From IMG/VR virus record IMGVR_UViG_2690316267_000010: DNA of 18,636 nt; one strand, 5' to 3'. The notes beneath the pieces are model-generated. The model saw only the letters and a list, made by a program, of their open reading frames with translations, had not been told where the DNA came from and searched no databases. Position numbers and translations under genes: made by a program. Source of the stretch: a virus (taxonomy: Duplodnaviria > Heunggongvirae > Uroviricota > Caudoviricetes). Every line of letters begins with the position of its first letter. Position 1 is the first letter of the stretch. Shown piece by piece: positions 15,880-18,636 of this stretch.

Positions 15880-16161
15880 ATGAACACCTTGTTTTTACTG
15901 ATGGCTGAATTCAATACCTCAAACATTGAACTCTCAGCAGTTAGCCAAAAGTACTTTGGTATGAGTCCAGCCACAGCAGAAGCAAAAGCAAACGCTTGTA
16001 AGTTGCCCGTTCCAACATATCGCATCGGCACATCACAAAAAGCAAAACGTTGCATCAATATTCAGGATCTTGCGGAATACATAGACAAAAGACGAGAAGA
16101 AGGACGTATCGAGTGGGAACAGGTCAGAACAGGCAAACAGAAGGGCAAAGAACATCACTAA
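15880..16161 (+). CDS. PrtN (pyocin-activator)-family small DNA-binding protein
   Basis: ATG with GGAGAA RBS; product MNTLFLLMAEFNTSNIELSAVSQKYFGMSPATAEAKANACKLPVPTYRIGTSQKAKRCINIQDLAEYIDKRREEG resembles PrtN-family proteins as recalled. Confidence 0.55.
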   Translation: MNTLFLLMAEFNTSNIELSAVSQKYFGMSPATAEAKANACKLPVPTYRIGTSQKAKRCINIQDLAEYIDKRREEGRIEWEQVRTGKQKGKEHH

Positions 16162-16163
16162 AG

Positions 16164-16189
16164 AAAAAACCCGCCTAAAGGCGGGTTTT
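16164..16189. terminator. Bidirectional intrinsic terminator
   Basis: AAAAAA-CCCGCC-TAAA-GGCGGG-TTTT between the convergent PrtN-like gene (plus) and the 57-aa ORF (minus). Confidence 0.7.
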
Positions 16190-16208
16190 CAAAAAGCACC
16201 AGCTATGA

Positions 16209-16382
16209 TCATGCTGCTTTGCGACGACGAAGCTTACCCTGCTGCTCTTTACCAGAGACAGTAGCGTGAGTGAACGCATTAGGAGCAGCCTTCATCAGAA
16301 CTTCAACAGCAGCCCCCATACCTGCGAATGCTTTCATTGTGTCGAACTTAAGCTGTGGCTTGGTTGCTTTTTGATCTTCCAT
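16209..16382 (-). CDS. Small basic protein (57 aa), last gene of the minus-strand Panacea operon
   Basis: ATG with GGAG RBS, 40 nt downstream of the 139-aa gene; product MEDQKATKPQLKFDTMKAFAGMGAAVEVLMKAAPNAFTHATVSGKEQQGKLRRRKAA; stop lies 20 nt before the bidirectional terminator. Found by hand. Confidence 0.4.
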   Translation of the reverse strand: MEDQKATKPQLKFDTMKAFAGMGAAVEVLMKAAPNAFTHATVSGKEQQGKLRRRKAA

Positions 16383-16421
16383 AGAAAACTCCAGAAGTTA
16401 TACCGAAACAATTCCTGTTGT

Positions 16422-16841
16422 TTACTCATCATCAATAGATGATACGCAATATTTATTTTTAAATTTAAGGTTCTTTGGCGTAACTTCATCAGAGATATCA
16501 AAACCGTCCAGAATTCTATTGAATGTAGCTTCTGGCATATCATCATGAACAGAAATCTCACCCGATCGCTGCTTTCTAACCATGTTATCCACTCGCCAAA
16601 TTATAGCTTCAGCGTAAACAACATAACTTGGATGCTTGATAAAGCGATGATCACCAGAATTCAAGACGCAAGACGGATCGTGGGGGACACCATCCTTGAT
16701 ACTAGAAATATTAACAACTAAAACACAATAACAATCGTTAACGGGGTAATAAACAGGATCATTACAAATCACATGAAGATGATTGCATGGTCCAGTTGGG
16801 GCAAGCACAGTTCCTTTCCTGTATGGCTGATAATCCGTCAT
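16422..16841 (-). CDS. Unrecognised 139-aa protein, candidate toxin/effector partner of the Panacea-domain protein
   Basis: ATG overlaps the stop of the upstream DUF4065 gene (ATGA); AT-rich; Cys/His-rich N-terminus (GPCNHLHVICNDPVYYPVNDCYC); no family recognised. Confidence 0.55.
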   Translation of the reverse strand: MTDYQPYRKGTVLAPTGPCNHLHVICNDPVYYPVNDCYCVLVVNISSIKDGVPHDPSCVLNSGDHRFIKHPSYVVYAEAIIWRVDNMVRKQRSGEISVHDDMPEATFNRILDGFDISDEVTPKNLKFKNKYCVSSIDDE

Positions 16842-17410
16842 GATAATTGCAAAGAAAATTCCTTAAGTTTCTGAGATTCTTCCATTTTGCCAATTATGCG
16901 ATTAGCCTCATCCTCGCTTTTACCCTCACTGATCAGCATTTCTTTCAGGTCTATAGGCTTACGAGAATTGCCAGGATCGTGCCACTCTGGACAAACGCTT
17001 TCTAAATGCGTCATATTTGCGAGATCAAATCGGTTCATATGCCCATACCGAGAATAGATTTCATCTAAAATCCGGATATCTGCACGACTCAATTCATCAA
17101 AGACCTCGTCTGCATCCATTTCCCTCGGATCTGAACGCAACGATACATTATGCCCGTTCGTCTCTATCAAGTTGTACCAGTAGTCACCAATGCCTTCAGC
17201 CTTACCGCGAATCAAGTTCAGCGTATTCGACATGACTGGTCCAAATTTCATAGAGTAAAGGCTATCTTCGCCGATCATCCTGCCATGCTTCAAAATCGAC
17301 TGGCGGTTAGACAGATAGAGCAGCTTCATCAATTTCAGATATGCCATGCGCCCACCTCTCTTAAGAAGTAGGTATGCAGCCATTTGAGCTACTTTTTCTT
17401 CGCAAAACAT
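16838..17410 (-). CDS. Panacea-domain (DUF4065, GepA/SocA-like) protein, candidate antitoxin
   Basis: 190 aa, GAGG RBS; N-terminal region AYLLLKRGGRMAYLKLMKLLYLSNRQSILKHGRMIGEDSLYSMKFGPVMSNTLNLIRG resembles DUF4065/Panacea proteins as recalled. Confidence 0.6.
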   Translation of the reverse strand: MFCEEKVAQMAAYLLLKRGGRMAYLKLMKLLYLSNRQSILKHGRMIGEDSLYSMKFGPVMSNTLNLIRGKAEGIGDYWYNLIETNGHNVSLRSDPREMDADEVFDELSRADIRILDEIYSRYGHMNRFDLANMTHLESVCPEWHDPGNSRKPIDLKEMLISEGKSEDEANRIIGKMEESQKLKEFSLQLS

Positions 17411-18061
17411 ATAAGAAACCTCAAAGATAGTGAACTTTATAATTATTCTCGATACTTCATGGGTTGCTTCATCACCAACATGAGCTTCTTATGGTGTGCC
17501 CACTTGGGCCTAAGCAACCAGTTACCTCGTTTGTCAAGTTTATAGCTGGCTTTAACCATGGTCAATTGAAGTGATGAGCAAATGATGCTTTCTAAGAATA
17601 ACAGGTTCCCAATAGGCTCCCACAAAGTGTATAACTAGTTGTTTTTCAAAAATGGTACATCCTATCGAGCATTGGTGCAACGCTAAACCGACCACTCCAG
17701 TGAACGTCAGTTTTTTCAGGCATTGCGCTGGTTTGGTTGATTTTTTGCATTTCAGAATTACCGTGCATTTTCAAATGTAGAGATTATTTTATCGATATAT
17801 CATGGGGTTATGTTATTCAGCATCACTATTCAGGAGGCTCAATAGCGGGGTACTATACCATAACAACAGGAAGCGCCTGTCTCATTGCAAAAGAAAATTG
17901 AGATCCTCTCAAGGCATGAAGCTCTCACGAAGTGATGGAAATAATCTTATTAGCCGTTAACTTTGTTAAGGCCAATGATAAACAATCCAGGTTCGACGAT
18001 AAATAAAAAATCACACATTAAACTCTGGTGATATATCTCCCTGCTAATAGCATTGATAGAG

Positions 18062-18095
18062 AAAAAAGAACCCAATAAATATTGGGTCCTTTTAT
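18062..18095 (-). terminator. Intrinsic terminator downstream of the IS1-disrupted gene
   Basis: GAACCCAATA-AA-TATTGGGTCC hairpin flanked by A6 and T4; on the minus strand followed by TTTTTTCTC. Confidence 0.4.
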
Positions 18096-18130
18096 ATAAT
18101 GCCTTCCATACTATCGAAGAACTTCACATA

Positions 18131-18532
18131 TTATTTCTCCGATTTAACCCCGAACAAATCATAAATTAATTTAGAAGTGTCTGTAAGTATTTTAATCTCT
18201 TCCTTTGAGGTTGGGTCAAACGACTTCGCGAAGCTAATTAATTGTGGTGCAGCATCTCGCATTTTGCTTAAAATATCAGGATCGAGCGTTCCTTCATTCA
18301 CCAGATGTGACATCTTATCCAGATAGCCATCAAAATTCATTTCTCCCCCATCAGCCAGACGCTTCATCTCTCCCAGGTACTTCTTCATATCACGTTGAGA
18401 TAATTTTTCAAACTGAGCTTTCAGGTAGCTCTCATTATTTTCATTAATATACACTGTTTCTGATAAATCTGCGTAGGCACTAGAATATGAAAGTGAAATT
18501 AACAGCGAAGCAAATAATTTTAAGCTGTTGTC
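18131..18532 (-). pseudogene. Secreted/periplasmic protein gene truncated at its 5' end by IS1
   Basis: Reading frame is open from the IS1 junction (18532) to the stop at 18131; the sequence before the track's GTG start encodes a signal-peptide-like stretch ...SLKLFASLLISLSYSSAYA|DLSETV... with no in-frame start before an in-frame TAA inside the IS1 inverted repeat. Confidence 0.5.
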
Positions 18533-18636
18533 GGTGATGCTGCCAACTTACTGATTTAGTGTATGATGGTGTTTTTGAGGTGCTCCAGTGGCTTCTGTTT
18601 CTATCAGCTGTCCCTCCTGTTCAGCTACTGACGGGG
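18533..18636 (+). mobile_element. IS1 left end (terminal inverted repeat and start of insA), continues beyond window
   Basis: GGTGATGCTGCCAACTTACTGATTTAGTGTATGATGGTGTTTTTGAGGTGCTCCAGTGGCTTCTGTTTCTATCAGCTGTCCCTCCTGTTCAGCTACTGACGGGG matches the canonical IS1 left terminus as recalled. Confidence 0.85.
18588..18636 (+). CDS. insA: IS1 InsA (N-terminal fragment, continues beyond window)
   Basis: GTG GCT TCT GTT TCT ATC AGC TGT CCC TCC TGT TCA GCT ACT GAC GGG = (M)ASVSISCPSCSATDG, the InsA N-terminus. Confidence 0.7.
   Translation, partial: MASVSISCPSCSATDG

Noticed and set aside
17443-17625. Minus-strand ORF 17443-17625 (60 aa) upstream of the Panacea gene
   Set aside because: TTG start without RBS in an AT-rich promoter region; may be spurious or a remnant, not enough evidence to call.
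17640-17960. AGGAGG-preceded 50-aa plus-strand ORF in the AT-rich intergenic stretch
   Set aside because: The product is low-complexity and basic with no conservation signal; treated as non-coding or decayed sequence.

Overview
This window reads as the central part of a lambdoid (E. coli/Shigella-type) prophage with several cargo cassettes; all calls are from reading the sequence and ORF track by eye, with no database search. The delayed-early operon runs on the minus strand: cro-like HTH, a YdaT-like regulator, a Rha-domain protein, two small proteins, an O-like replication protein carrying 12-bp tandem repeats, Dam methyltransferase, RusA, a KilA-N/KilAC antirepressor-like protein, a DUF968/HNH-like protein and a QuuD-like Q antiterminator (about 11447 down to 4616). 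Between Q and a 3'-truncated DUF1737/esterase-like late gene (1-1319) lie a lipoprotein, a small winged-helix protein, an AraC-family regulator, three tRNA genes (Ile2-like, Arg, Arg), and a TerB-like gene coupled to a small membrane protein. A CI-type repressor (11545-12237, plus) is followed by a terminator, OL-like operators, and CPS-53-like genes (YfdP/YfdQ/YfdR-like), an AT-rich membrane protein and a PrtN-like gene. Past a bidirectional terminator sits the most interesting candidate: an AT-rich minus-strand operon of a Panacea (DUF4065)-like protein overlapping an unrecognised 139-aa protein, then a 57-aa ORF. An IS1 left end at the window edge truncates a signal-peptide gene.
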